A stretch of 64,000 nt of DNA from an uncultured Chloroflexia bacterium (GCA_963825525.1 CAWGTN010000003.1:64001-128000), one strand, 5' to 3'; positions 48,135 to 57,281 are shown, numbered from the stretch's first letter. The notes: a model not told the origin generated them from the letters alone. Made by a program: numbers and translations.

Positions 48135-49076
48135 TCAGGCGCGGCTGGGGTCCGCGTTCGACGGGTTCGGGTGCGCGGACGACGGCTGGCGTGGGGCTCC
48201 TCGGTGCTCGACGATCCACAGGCCCACCAGCACGATGATCCCGCCCAGCAGGGTGAACGGCCCAAGCTCCTCGTCGAGCAACGCCACCGAGGACAGCACC
48301 CCGATGATCGGCACCAGGAGCGCGAACGCGCTTGCGCGTGCCGCGCCGATGCGGGCGACGCCCATGTTGAACAGGACGAACGCGGCGACCGTGCCGAAGA
48401 CCGCCAGGTAGCCGATGCCGGCGAGCGCTCCGGGCGGCGCGGCCCAGACCCTGGCCAGCCCTCCCTCCGCCAGCGCCGGGGGAACCAGGACCACGGTGCC
48501 GAGTGCCGTCCCGTACAGCGTGGTGCTGACCGCGTCGAAGCGGCCATGCGCGATCCTCGCCAGCACCGAGTACACGCCCCAGAAGGCGGCACCGGTGATG
48601 AACAGCACGTCGCCGAGCAGCCGTCGGTCGTCGGTTGCGCCGGTGGGCGTGACCACCAGCAGGAGGCCGACCGCCGCGACGCCGAGGCCGATGATCCCGC
48701 GCGTGCCGAGGCGCTCGCGCAGGAAGAGGCCGGCCAGGATCAGCGTGAAGACGGGCGCGAGTCCCGGCACGATGATCGCGCCGTCGGACGCGGGTGCCAG
48801 CGTGAGGCCGGTGAGGAAGAGCCAGTTGTAGCCGGCGACCGCCGTCAGGGCCAGGCCCAGGATCAACGGAACGTCGCGCCAGTGGATCGGCGAGAGGGGA
48901 CGGTTCGAGAGCCGGGCCCAGCCGAACAGCAGGAGGGAAGCGACGCCGAACCGAATCGCCGCGATGGTGAACGGCGGCGCGGCGTCGACGGCCACCGCGG
49001 CGGCCACCCAGGTGCCCCCGAACGCCACGGCCATGCCGATGAGCATCAGGTACGCGGTGCGGTCGGATGGTGTCAT
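48135..49076 (-). CDS. DMT/EamA transporter
   Basis: Two EamA repeats, about ten TMs; FLRERLG; GAARAS. Confidence 0.9.
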   Translation of the reverse strand: MTPSDRTAYLMLIGMAVAFGGTWVAAAVAVDAAPPFTIAAIRFGVASLLLFGWARLSNRPLSPIHWRDVPLILGLALTAVAGYNWLFLTGLTLAPASDGAIIVPGLAPVFTLILAGLFLRERLGTRGIIGLGVAAVGLLLVVTPTGATDDRRLLGDVLFITGAAFWGVYSVLARIAHGRFDAVSTTLYGTALGTVVLVPPALAEGGLARVWAAPPGALAGIGYLAVFGTVAAFVLFNMGVARIGAARASAFALLVPIIGVLSSVALLDEELGPFTLLGGIIVLVGLWIVEHRGAPRQPSSAHPNPSNADPSRA

Positions 49077-49150
49077 GAGGCCTTCACCTTGTCATCGGGC
49101 GGCGTGTCGTTGCATCGGTCAAACGTCGCAGGGCCGCCAGCCGTGAGAAA

Positions 49151-49236
49151 CGTGGATGGGGTGTGGATAGCCCGCGCCTGACGTCATGGATTCGGGGATA
49201 AGGGGGATTGTTTCGTCAGCGGAGGGCAGAGATACT
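49151..49236 (+). promoter_or_regulatory. Three DnaA-box-like motifs plus sigma70 promoter (copy 2)
   Basis: CGTGGATGG 49151, TGTGGATAG 49162, CGGGGATAA 49193; TTGTTT 49208, 17 bp, GATACT 49231. Confidence 0.6.
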
Positions 49237-49242
49237 TTGGTC

Positions 49243-49353
49243 GTCCCGAAGGGGCAAGCGACACCGGATCACACGGCTTCGGTCATGGGTTTCGGTGCCG
49301 GCAACGGAGGCTTCGGCCGCCGAGGTCGGGCGCCTGTTCCTCCGGGGCATTTT
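49243..49353 (+). ncRNA. Structured RNA of unrecognised family, copy 2 (two UUCG hairpins)
   Basis: Same 5' 18-mer as copy 1, pairing with cgcctgttcctccggggc; flanked by minus-strand genes. Confidence 0.7.
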
Positions 49354-49362
49354 CGTGCCCGG

Positions 49363-49920
49363 TCAGCCAACCTCGACCCGCACCGCCTCGATCTCGTCGT
49401 CCGACGCAAGGCGATGCACCGCGCTCAGGCCCCCCGAATCGAGCGATCGGAGGCTGTCGCTCAGCATGCGATGCTGGCGTCGCAGGGCCGCCGGCGGCGG
49501 ACGTGGTGCCGCTCGGGTGGCATTCCGCTCCAGGGCGGTCGCCAGCGACACGTCAAGGACGATCCCGACCACAGGACGGCGGTGCCGCCGCGCGATGGCG
49601 ATCAGCTGCTCGCGCGCCCACGCCTCCACGTTCGTTGCGTCGACCACGGTCAGACGTCCGCGACGCAACCGCATGGCGAGCAACCGGTGCAGCAGGTCGA
49701 ACGCGTCGTCCGTCGCCTCCTGGGCCGTCGGGTCGTCGGTGATCATGGCCCGCAGGTTGTCCGATGACAGAACCTGGCTCGTGCGGAAATGGCGAGTGGC
49801 GAACGTGGTCTTGCCACTCGCCGAAATGCCGATGAGGATCACGAGCGCATCGGCAGGCAGTGCGATGAGCCGAGAAACAGACCGGCCGCCGTTGGTGTCG
49901 GCGGCCGGTGGCGTGGTCAT
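49363..49920 (-). CDS. AAA_33 P-loop kinase (resembles the Pnkp kinase domain)
   Basis: LIGISASGKTTFA; LSSDNLR; RLRRGRLTVVDATN. Confidence 0.85.
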   Translation of the reverse strand: MTTPPAADTNGGRSVSRLIALPADALVILIGISASGKTTFATRHFRTSQVLSSDNLRAMITDDPTAQEATDDAFDLLHRLLAMRLRRGRLTVVDATNVEAWAREQLIAIARRHRRPVVGIVLDVSLATALERNATRAAPRPPPAALRRQHRMLSDSLRSLDSGGLSAVHRLASDDEIEAVRVEVG

Positions 49921-49930
49921 GAGTCCCGTG

Positions 49931-50122
49931 TCAGCCGTGGGCGTCGCAGTCCGGGCACATCTCGGAGTCGGGAATCGGCGCCTTGGGCTGGCCGATGGCA
50001 CGCGGCAGCGCGCGGCCGCAGATGGTCGAACCGGGCTCGCCGACGAGGTGAACCTTGCTGAAGTGGCGATCGGGCAGCCGCCACGTCACGTAGCGACGCT
50101 GGCGCGTGGGGGTCGAGGACAC
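49931..50122 (-). CDS. 63-aa putative zinc-binding protein
   Basis: GGAG RBS before GTG; KVHLVGEPGSTICG...MCPDC (His plus three Cys). Confidence 0.6.
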   Translation of the reverse strand: MSSTPTRQRRYVTWRLPDRHFSKVHLVGEPGSTICGRALPRAIGQPKAPIPDSEMCPDCDAHG

Positions 50123-50212
50123 AGGGCGGGACTCCGTTTGCGGGGCCCAATTGTGCCAGATTTCGCCCCTTTTCACAAACGGTCCCATGATCTGGCAGCA
50201 TGGACGCACACC

Positions 50213-51388
50213 ATGAAACGCATTGGAATTCTCACCGGCGGCGGCGACGTCCCGGGACTCAACTCGGTCATCAAGAGCGTCGTGTATCGGTCCAGCGAGG
50301 TCGGCTGGGAGGCGATCGGCATTCGTCGCGGATGGCAGGGGCTCACGCACGTTGACACGTCCCGTCCCGATGGCGGCGGCTTCCTGCGCCCGCTCGATCG
50401 GGTGAGCACGCGGGCCATCGACCGCACCGGCGGCACCGTGCTCCACACCTCGCGGACCAGCCCATCGTCGATGGGCCAGTCGGCGCTGCCGCCGGGGCTG
50501 GATGCGGCCCGTCTGCCTCAGCTGGAGATCGACGGCGGACGGTACGACCTCACCCCGCTGGTCCTTGAGAACCTGGAGCAGCTGGGCATCGATGCACTGG
50601 TCGCCATCGGCGGTGACGACACGTTGAGCTACGCGGCTCGTCTCGGTCGCGAGGGGTTTCCCGTCATCGCCATTCCGAAGACGATGGACAACGACGTCCA
50701 TGGCACGGAGTACTGCATCGGCTTCTCGACCGCCGTGACGCGCGCCAAGGAACTCATCAACCGCCAGCGCACCACGCTGGGCAGCCATGAGCGCATCGGC
50801 GTCTTCCGCATCTTCGGCCGCAATGCCGGCTACACGGCCTGGTATGCCGCCTATGTCACGAGCGCCCGCTGCGTGATCCCCGAGGCGCCGTTCGATCTCG
50901 AGGCCCTGTCCGCCATCCTCGCCGACGACCGGCAGCTCAACCCATCGGGCTATGCGTTCGTGATCGCCAGCGAGGGCGCCATCTGGAAGGGCGGGCAGCT
51001 GCGCGAGGTCGGCGACCCGGACGCCTACGGCCATCGGCACAAGGCCGATGTCGGCGAGGCGCTCGCCGATGAGCTTCACCGGCGCACCGGCGTCGAGACG
51101 GTGCATGCGGACCTGACGTACGACCTCCGTTCCGGTGACCCGGACGCCCTGGACCAGATGGTCGCGATCACGTTCGCCAACGTGGCAGTCGATCTGCTGG
51201 CCGACGGGCAGTTCGGGCGCATGGTGGCAATCCGGGATGGCAAGTACTCGCACGCTCCGCTGCCCGAGCGCTCCCTCGGCGCGCGCATCATCGATGTCGA
51301 CGCCATGTACAACGTGGAGCGGTTCCGTCCGCGCTACGAGGCGAAGCTCGGCTCTCCGCTGCTGTTGGGACCGGCAGTCATCGGGTGA
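50213..51388 (+). CDS. pfkA: 6-phosphofructokinase (group III; PPi-type signature)
   Basis: ILTGGGDVPGLN; GGTVLHTSR; IGGDDT; PKTMDND. Confidence 0.9.
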   Translation: MKRIGILTGGGDVPGLNSVIKSVVYRSSEVGWEAIGIRRGWQGLTHVDTSRPDGGGFLRPLDRVSTRAIDRTGGTVLHTSRTSPSSMGQSALPPGLDAARLPQLEIDGGRYDLTPLVLENLEQLGIDALVAIGGDDTLSYAARLGREGFPVIAIPKTMDNDVHGTEYCIGFSTAVTRAKELINRQRTTLGSHERIGVFRIFGRNAGYTAWYAAYVTSARCVIPEAPFDLEALSAILADDRQLNPSGYAFVIASEGAIWKGGQLREVGDPDAYGHRHKADVGEALADELHRRTGVETVHADLTYDLRSGDPDALDQMVAITFANVAVDLLADGQFGRMVAIRDGKYSHAPLPERSLGARIIDVDAMYNVERFRPRYEAKLGSPLLLGPAVIG

Positions 51389-52851
51389 CCGGCGGGGAGG
51401 GAGCGTTCGCGCCCGAGCGACGCCTGCTGACGATCGGCCTCATCGGGCTCGTCACAACGGCTGCCTTCGAGGGGATGGCCGTGCCGACGGTCCTGCCGGC
51501 CCTGGTCGGCGAGCTTGGCGGCCTGGACCGCTATGGCTGGGCATTCAGCGCCTTCTGGCTCACGAACATCATCGGGATCACGCTCGCCGGGCTGGATGCG
51601 GATCGGCGCGGACCGGGCCGGGCACTGGCCGCAGGCGTCGTGCTCTTCGCCGCCGGCATGCTGGTCTCGGGGGTCGCCACCGACATGTCAATCGTCATCG
51701 CCGGGCGGGCGATCCAGGGATTCGGGTCCGGTGCCCTGGGCTCGGTCGTGTACGCCTCCATCGCACGGGCGTACCCGGCATCCACGACGCCCCGCATGAT
51801 CGCGCTCATCTCCAGCGCGTGGATCGTCCCCGGGCTCGTGGGACCGGCATTGGCCGGGTGGGTCGCCGACACAGTCGGATGGCGGTGGGTCTTTCTCGGC
51901 ATCGTGGGGCCGGTGCTGGTGATGGGCATTGCCGTCTATCCGCAGCTTGCCCGCCTCCGCGCCGCGTCGCGCCCTGGACGGGCCGGCCGCAGTGACGCCC
52001 GGCGTGGTTTCGACGCGCTGCGCCTGGCGATCGGTTCCACGCTCCTGCTCGCCGCGCTGTCGGTCGGATCGATTCGCATTCCGGGTCTCGATCTCGAGCT
52101 CCCGCGAGTGATCGTGGGCCTCCTTCTCGCCGCGGCGGGCTTGGGGCTGGCCGTCACCTCCCTGCGTCACCTGCTTCCCGCCGGCACCCTGCGGCTGCGC
52201 CGTGGGCGTCCGTCCGTGTTCGCCAGCGTGTTCGCCATCGCGTTCGCCTTCTTCGGCACGGAGGCCTTCGTCCCGCTCACCGTGGTCGAAGTGCGCGGCG
52301 AGAGCGTGACCATCGGCGGCCTCGCGCTTTCTGCGGCCGCCGTGACGTGGACAACCGGCTCGTGGCTCCAGGCACGTGCTGCGGGCCTGGGCGTGCGGCG
52401 CACCCTGGCCACGACCGGCGCGGTGCTGATCGGCATCGGGATCGTGGTGAGCGCCCTCGTGCTCCTGCCGGACGTTCCGCTGGTGACGGTCGGGTTGGGA
52501 TGGGCGATCGCGGGGCTGGGCATGGGGCTGGCGTATTCGATGCTCGCGCTGCTGGTGCTCGAGACTGCGACCCCGGGCGAGGAGGGATTCAGCTCGTCCG
52601 GCCTCCAGCTCATGTTCACGCTTGGGACGGCGTTCGGCGCCGGCGCCGGCGGCTCGATCGTTGCGCTGGCGGAGTCGGGGATGCTCAGCCTGCCGACGGC
52701 CATCGGCATCGTGGACGTCCTGATGCTCATGCTCGCGACCCTTGCCGTCGTCGTGACGCTGCGGGTGCCGCGCCGCCCACCCAGCCGCGACGCGGTGCCA
52801 AACACCCGCGCCGCTGCTGCGACGCCGATCGAACCGCTGGTCCGGGGCTGA
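51385..52851 (+). CDS. MFS transporter
   Basis: ADRRGPGR; GRAIQGFG; GWRWVFLG. Confidence 0.88.
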   Translation: MTGGEGAFAPERRLLTIGLIGLVTTAAFEGMAVPTVLPALVGELGGLDRYGWAFSAFWLTNIIGITLAGLDADRRGPGRALAAGVVLFAAGMLVSGVATDMSIVIAGRAIQGFGSGALGSVVYASIARAYPASTTPRMIALISSAWIVPGLVGPALAGWVADTVGWRWVFLGIVGPVLVMGIAVYPQLARLRAASRPGRAGRSDARRGFDALRLAIGSTLLLAALSVGSIRIPGLDLELPRVIVGLLLAAAGLGLAVTSLRHLLPAGTLRLRRGRPSVFASVFAIAFAFFGTEAFVPLTVVEVRGESVTIGGLALSAAAVTWTTGSWLQARAAGLGVRRTLATTGAVLIGIGIVVSALVLLPDVPLVTVGLGWAIAGLGMGLAYSMLALLVLETATPGEEGFSSSGLQLMFTLGTAFGAGAGGSIVALAESGMLSLPTAIGIVDVLMLMLATLAVVVTLRVPRRPPSRDAVPNTRAAAATPIEPLVRG

Positions 52852-52954
52852 GCGACCGGGGGCCGGTCCCGCCTGACCCGGGACATTCGACCCTTGCCCG
52901 TCGAGCGAACAAGGCGCCTGATGGCTCGGAACACGTCGATGTGGAGACCGGCCG

Positions 52955-53539
52955 ATGCTCGAGCCCAGCGTCCTCAGCCGTCGATCGTTCATGCGGCGCA
53001 CGCTCGGCGTCGGCGTGGGTCTGCTCTCGCTCGAATTCGTGGGCGGCACGCTCGCATTCCTGTGGCCGAACCTGACCGAGGGTCTGGGTTCGAGGCTGCG
53101 CGTCGGGCGGCTCGCCGAGGTCTCCGCGGCGAATCCTCGCTTCGCCGAGGGTTACCCGCTGAACGTGGCGATCGCGCGCAGCTTCCTCGTCAACGTTCCG
53201 GCGGCCCGTGCGCTGGCGGGTGGCACACCCATCAGCAATCCTGCTCCGGCCGCTGGCGAGATGATCGCCCTGTGGCGGAAGTGCCCCCACCTCGGCTGCA
53301 TGGTCCCCGAGCTGTGTGAGTCGGTGAAGCGCTTCGAATGCCGGTGCCATGGCAGCACGTACAACATCCTGGGCGAGAAGCTCGAGAAGGGGCCGGCGGC
53401 GCGCGGCATGGATCGCTTTGCGGTCGTCCTCGAGGATGACGGGATGATCGTCATCGACACGCGCGAGATCCTGAAAGGCGCGCCGGAAGGCCAGCTGACG
53501 TTCAGCGACCCGCATCCTGCGGACGCCGGGTGCAGCTGA
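52955..53539 (+). CDS. Tat-exported Rieske 2Fe-2S protein
   Basis: SRRSFMR plus TM; CPHLGC and CRCHGS; GPAARGM. Confidence 0.9.
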   Translation: MLEPSVLSRRSFMRRTLGVGVGLLSLEFVGGTLAFLWPNLTEGLGSRLRVGRLAEVSAANPRFAEGYPLNVAIARSFLVNVPAARALAGGTPISNPAPAAGEMIALWRKCPHLGCMVPELCESVKRFECRCHGSTYNILGEKLEKGPAARGMDRFAVVLEDDGMIVIDTREILKGAPEGQLTFSDPHPADAGCS

Positions 53540-53557
53540 CCGGAAGGGATCGGCCGT

Positions 53558-54745
53558 TCAGACGACGTTGATCTCGGGGCTCAGCCGCGACTCGGTGAGC
53601 CGATCCCAGCCGAACGGGGACAGGTCGAGGGTCTCGTAGCCTCCGGTGACGATCCATTCGGCCAGCCCGCGGCCCACGGCCGGGGCCTGCTGGAGCCCGT
53701 GGCCCGAGAAGCCATTCGCGAACAGGAGGTTGGGCAGGGACGGATGAGGCCCGATGATCGCGTTGGCGTCGAGCGTGTTCACCTCGTAGTGGCCGGCCCA
53801 GGTGTCGAGCAGACGCACCTCGTCGAAGGCCGGAACCCGATGCGCCATGGCCGGCCAGACGAACGACTCGAACGGGCGACGGTCGGCGGTGAGGTCGAAC
53901 GTGTCGGGGTCCGGCTCGCCGGGGCGCGGCGAAAAGCCCACCAGGTATCCCGGCCCCTCGGGGCGGAAGTAGATGCCGGATGGGTCGATGATCAATGGTG
54001 CGGCCCCCAGCCTGGCCGGCGACTCCAGGTGGTAGACGAGCCGTTTTCGGGGGCGGACCGGGAGCTCGATTCCGGCCATGGCCGCGAGCTCGGCCGCACG
54101 AGGACCGGTGGCGTTCACGAAGCAGCCGGCCTCGATGGTCGTGCCGTCTGCCAGGCCGACCGAGCGGATCTCCGGCCCGTCACGATTCAGGCGGACCACC
54201 TCGCCGATGCGCTCGACGACGCCGAGCGAGCGCGCGCGGCGCCGAAAGCCCTGGAGCAGCGCGTAGGCGTCGAACCAGCCCTCGTCCGAGAGCCCCAGCG
54301 ATCCGCCGGCCAGGTCCTCGGTGTACAGCCAGGGAAACCGCCGGCCGAGCGCGCCGACATCCAGGAGCTCGACCGGCACGTCGAGCCGCCGCTGGATCGC
54401 ATGGTTGCGTTCGAGGATCGGCATCTCGCTGCTGGTCGCCAGGAAGAGGTAACCGTTCTCGACGAAATCGATCTCCGGGACCTCGCCGTCCACCGCCAGG
54501 TAGCGGTCCGGATGCTTGATGACGTCCACGCCGAAGCGACTGATCTCGATGTTGAGTGGCGTGCTGAACTGGAGCCGGATGCTGGCAGCCGACAGCGTGG
54601 TCGACGAGGTGCGAAACGTCGGATCACGCTCGATGACCACGATCCGGCCATCGAAGTCGGCCCGCGCGGCAAGAAACGTCGCGACCGCGGTGCCGATGAT
54701 TGCGCCACCCACGATCACGACGTCCGCGCGCTCCACCTGGCTCAT
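53558..54745 (-). CDS. DAO-family FAD oxidoreductase (FOXRED1-like)
   Basis: VVIVGGAIIG; SAASIRLQFS; WAGHYEVN; GFSGHGLQQAP. Confidence 0.88.
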   Translation of the reverse strand: MSQVERADVVIVGGAIIGTAVATFLAARADFDGRIVVIERDPTFRTSSTTLSAASIRLQFSTPLNIEISRFGVDVIKHPDRYLAVDGEVPEIDFVENGYLFLATSSEMPILERNHAIQRRLDVPVELLDVGALGRRFPWLYTEDLAGGSLGLSDEGWFDAYALLQGFRRRARSLGVVERIGEVVRLNRDGPEIRSVGLADGTTIEAGCFVNATGPRAAELAAMAGIELPVRPRKRLVYHLESPARLGAAPLIIDPSGIYFRPEGPGYLVGFSPRPGEPDPDTFDLTADRRPFESFVWPAMAHRVPAFDEVRLLDTWAGHYEVNTLDANAIIGPHPSLPNLLFANGFSGHGLQQAPAVGRGLAEWIVTGGYETLDLSPFGWDRLTESRLSPEINVV

Positions 54746-54775
54746 CGGTCCGATCCTAGCGGCTAGCATGCGGAC

Positions 54776-56023
54776 ATGCCCGAGCCGAGCGTCCGCCTCG
54801 CGCACGCCCTCCCGCCCACGGCCGACCTGGTGGTGATCGGCGGCGGGATCGTCGGCTGCGCCACGGCCTTCTTTGCCGCGCGCGCCGGGCTCCGCGTGGT
54901 CGTGCTCGAACGGCGGGCCGCGCTCGGAACGTTGACCACCCCGGTGTCGACCGGTGCCTTCCGTCTCCAGTTCGACAATCCGGAGGAGATCGCCACGGTC
55001 CGCGAGGGGATCGAGCTGTTCGATGCGTTTGCCGAGCGGACCGGGCTCAGCGGCTGGGATATCGGCCTGCGCCACGGCGGATACCTGTTCTGCTCGCTGA
55101 CCGATGAGACGGTCGAGCGCTCACGAACCCTGGTCCGGCGCCAGCGGGAGTGGGGACTCACCGACGTCGAGCTGCTCAGCGGCGACGACGCGAGGGCTCG
55201 CTGGCCGTGGCTGGCGCCAACGGTCCGTGGGGCGCGCTACCGGGCGGGCGACGGCTGGCTGGACGTCAAGCGCCTGACCGTGGGCTACGCGACGGCGGCA
55301 TCGAACGCATCGGCCATTCCGGACGCCGTGCCGGGAGGCGGCGCAACATTCGTGACGGGTGTGGGCGTGGAGTCCATCGAGGTGGCGGGGGACCGCGTCA
55401 CCGGCGTGCGCACGGACCGCGGGTCCGTCTCGACGCGGACCGTGATCGTCGCCGCCGGACCGTACAGCGGGGCGCTGGCGGCGACGGCCGGCGTCGAGGT
55501 CGTGCTGGAGCCGACTCGTCGACAGAAGCTCGTGATCCCCGACCTGCCCCTCGTGCCGGCGGATGCGCCGATGACGATCGAGGAGGAGTCAGCGGCCCAC
55601 TGGCGGCCCGCCATGCGCGGTTGCCTGGCGCTGTTCACGGATCCGCTGGCTCCGCCCGGTGAGCCGATGGACCCGGTGCCGGTGGATCACGACTGGGCAT
55701 TCGGCCTGCTCGATCCGGCATCGGACCATGCGCTCGCTCGCGTTGCACCCTTCTGGCGCGAGGCGTGGGCCGATGGTGCGCCAACCGTCCACTGGTTCCT
55801 CCAGGCCGGGCAATACGAGTACACGCCGGACCGGCGCCCGTACCTGGGCCCGGTGGGGCCGGAGGGTCTGTCGCTCAATGCCGGCTACTCCGGCCACGGG
55901 ATCATGGCGGGCGCGGGGGGCAGCCGCCTGGTGGTCGACCTGCTCACCGGGCACTCGGATGTCGCCGACAACCCGTACCGACCGGACCGCACGTTCGCCG
56001 AGCGGGAGCACGACATCCTGTAG
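54776..56023 (+). CDS. DAO-family FAD oxidoreductase (sarcosine oxidase beta-like)
   Basis: VVIGGGIVG; YEYTPD; GYSGHGIM. Confidence 0.88.
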   Translation: MPEPSVRLAHALPPTADLVVIGGGIVGCATAFFAARAGLRVVVLERRAALGTLTTPVSTGAFRLQFDNPEEIATVREGIELFDAFAERTGLSGWDIGLRHGGYLFCSLTDETVERSRTLVRRQREWGLTDVELLSGDDARARWPWLAPTVRGARYRAGDGWLDVKRLTVGYATAASNASAIPDAVPGGGATFVTGVGVESIEVAGDRVTGVRTDRGSVSTRTVIVAAGPYSGALAATAGVEVVLEPTRRQKLVIPDLPLVPADAPMTIEEESAAHWRPAMRGCLALFTDPLAPPGEPMDPVPVDHDWAFGLLDPASDHALARVAPFWREAWADGAPTVHWFLQAGQYEYTPDRRPYLGPVGPEGLSLNAGYSGHGIMAGAGGSRLVVDLLTGHSDVADNPYRPDRTFAEREHDIL

Positions 56024-56078
56024 TCGAACAGGACCATGGTGGCATTGAGGTCCCCGGCCCAGGTCCCACCATGGAATC

Positions 56079-57281
56079 GTGCTTTCGCCTTCGTGGCCCA
56101 ACCCGGCTGACGCACGTCGCTTCGTCCCGCCCCAGATTCGGCGGCGGGTCCGGGCGGCGGAGCGTCGTGCTGTGCGTCGGGCGGTCTCGCTGAGCGCCGG
56201 GCTGATGGCCACGCTGGTAGCCCTCGACCTGGCGGCTGCTCTCGCAGTCGGCACCGACGGGGTCATGGCGCTGGCGCCGTTCTCGATCGGTGCGGCGAGC
56301 CTGGCATTCCTGGCCGGCGCGCTCGCCCATCGGGGTGTGCGTGCCGAGCCCCTGGCCCTCGTCGCGCTGCTGGCAGTATTCGGGGCTGGTCTCATCGGGC
56401 ACGGGATCATGCCGGCCGGCCGGCTGCTGGGGACCGCCGAGCTCGCCATCATCCTGGTGGGCGCGGGGCTGTTCCTGCCCTGGCATCAGCGCTGGCATGT
56501 CTCGGCGCTGCTGTTGGCATTCGGGCTGGCATCGGCATTCGTGCTGAGCCCGATGGCGTCCTCGCTGAGCACGACCGATCGTGGAAACCTGATCGTCGCG
56601 GTCGCCATGGCCGGTGTCACGAGCGCCATCGGCCACCAGCTGTGGCAGCGCCGCCTGCGATCCATGCTCGAGCAGCAGTTCGCGCTGCGCCAGCTCAGCC
56701 GCTATGCCCAGCGGCAGGAGGCGCACGTCACCGAGCTCAACCGCGAGCTGAACCACGTAGCCCGACACGACTCGTTGACCGGCGTCGGCAACCGCCTGGC
56801 GCTCGATGAGGCGGTGGCACGCCTCCTGGACCAGGGCGATCGGCTTCGGCCACTTCCGTTCGCGCTCGTCCTGTTCGACATCGACCACTTCAAGGCCTAC
56901 AACGATGCACATGGCCACCTTGCCGGCGATGCCGCCCTCGGGCGGCTGGGGGAGATCCTTCGCCGCGCCACGCGTGGTTCGGACCTCGCGTTCCGCTACG
57001 GCGGCGAGGAGTTCCTCCTCCTGCTGCCGGAGGTGGACCTGCCCGGGGCCATGGCGGCCGCCGAACGGGTGCGTGTCGCGGCAGTCGAAGCTCGTGACCT
57101 CCCGCCCTTCACCGTCTCGGGTGGCGTTGCGCTGTGTGACCCGGCCGACGGCCGCGATCCGCAACCGCTCCTCCGTCGGGCGGATACGGCGCTCTACCTT
57201 GCCAAGCGCGCGGGCCGAGATCGCATCGCCGCCGACGAGCTGTCCGTCGCGATGCAGCGGCACGAGATCGCCCTCGCCTGA
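56079..57281 (+). CDS. Membrane diguanylate cyclase
   Basis: About six TMs; HDSLTG; DIDHFKAYND; RGSD I-site; RYGGEEF. Confidence 0.92.
   Translation: MLSPSWPNPADARRFVPPQIRRRVRAAERRAVRRAVSLSAGLMATLVALDLAAALAVGTDGVMALAPFSIGAASLAFLAGALAHRGVRAEPLALVALLAVFGAGLIGHGIMPAGRLLGTAELAIILVGAGLFLPWHQRWHVSALLLAFGLASAFVLSPMASSLSTTDRGNLIVAVAMAGVTSAIGHQLWQRRLRSMLEQQFALRQLSRYAQRQEAHVTELNRELNHVARHDSLTGVGNRLALDEAVARLLDQGDRLRPLPFALVLFDIDHFKAYNDAHGHLAGDAALGRLGEILRRATRGSDLAFRYGGEEFLLLLPEVDLPGAMAAAERVRVAAVEARDLPPFTVSGGVALCDPADGRDPQPLLRRADTALYLAKRAGRDRIAADELSVAMQRHEIALA

Noticed and set aside
46082-48238. Long Arg/Pro-rich ORFs here and elsewhere (for example 58173-60059 and 33954-35573)
   Set aside because: Shadow frames of real genes, typical of high-GC DNA, with no protein motifs
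36432-49348. The two elements as IS or composite transposon ends
   Set aside because: No transposase or target-site duplication seen, the copies differ internally, and both carry a conserved upstream promoter; a MITE origin is not fully excluded
49208-50212. Long N-terminal extension of PFK (726-aa ORF)
   Set aside because: It overlaps the ncRNA and two minus-strand genes; PFK homology begins at 50213
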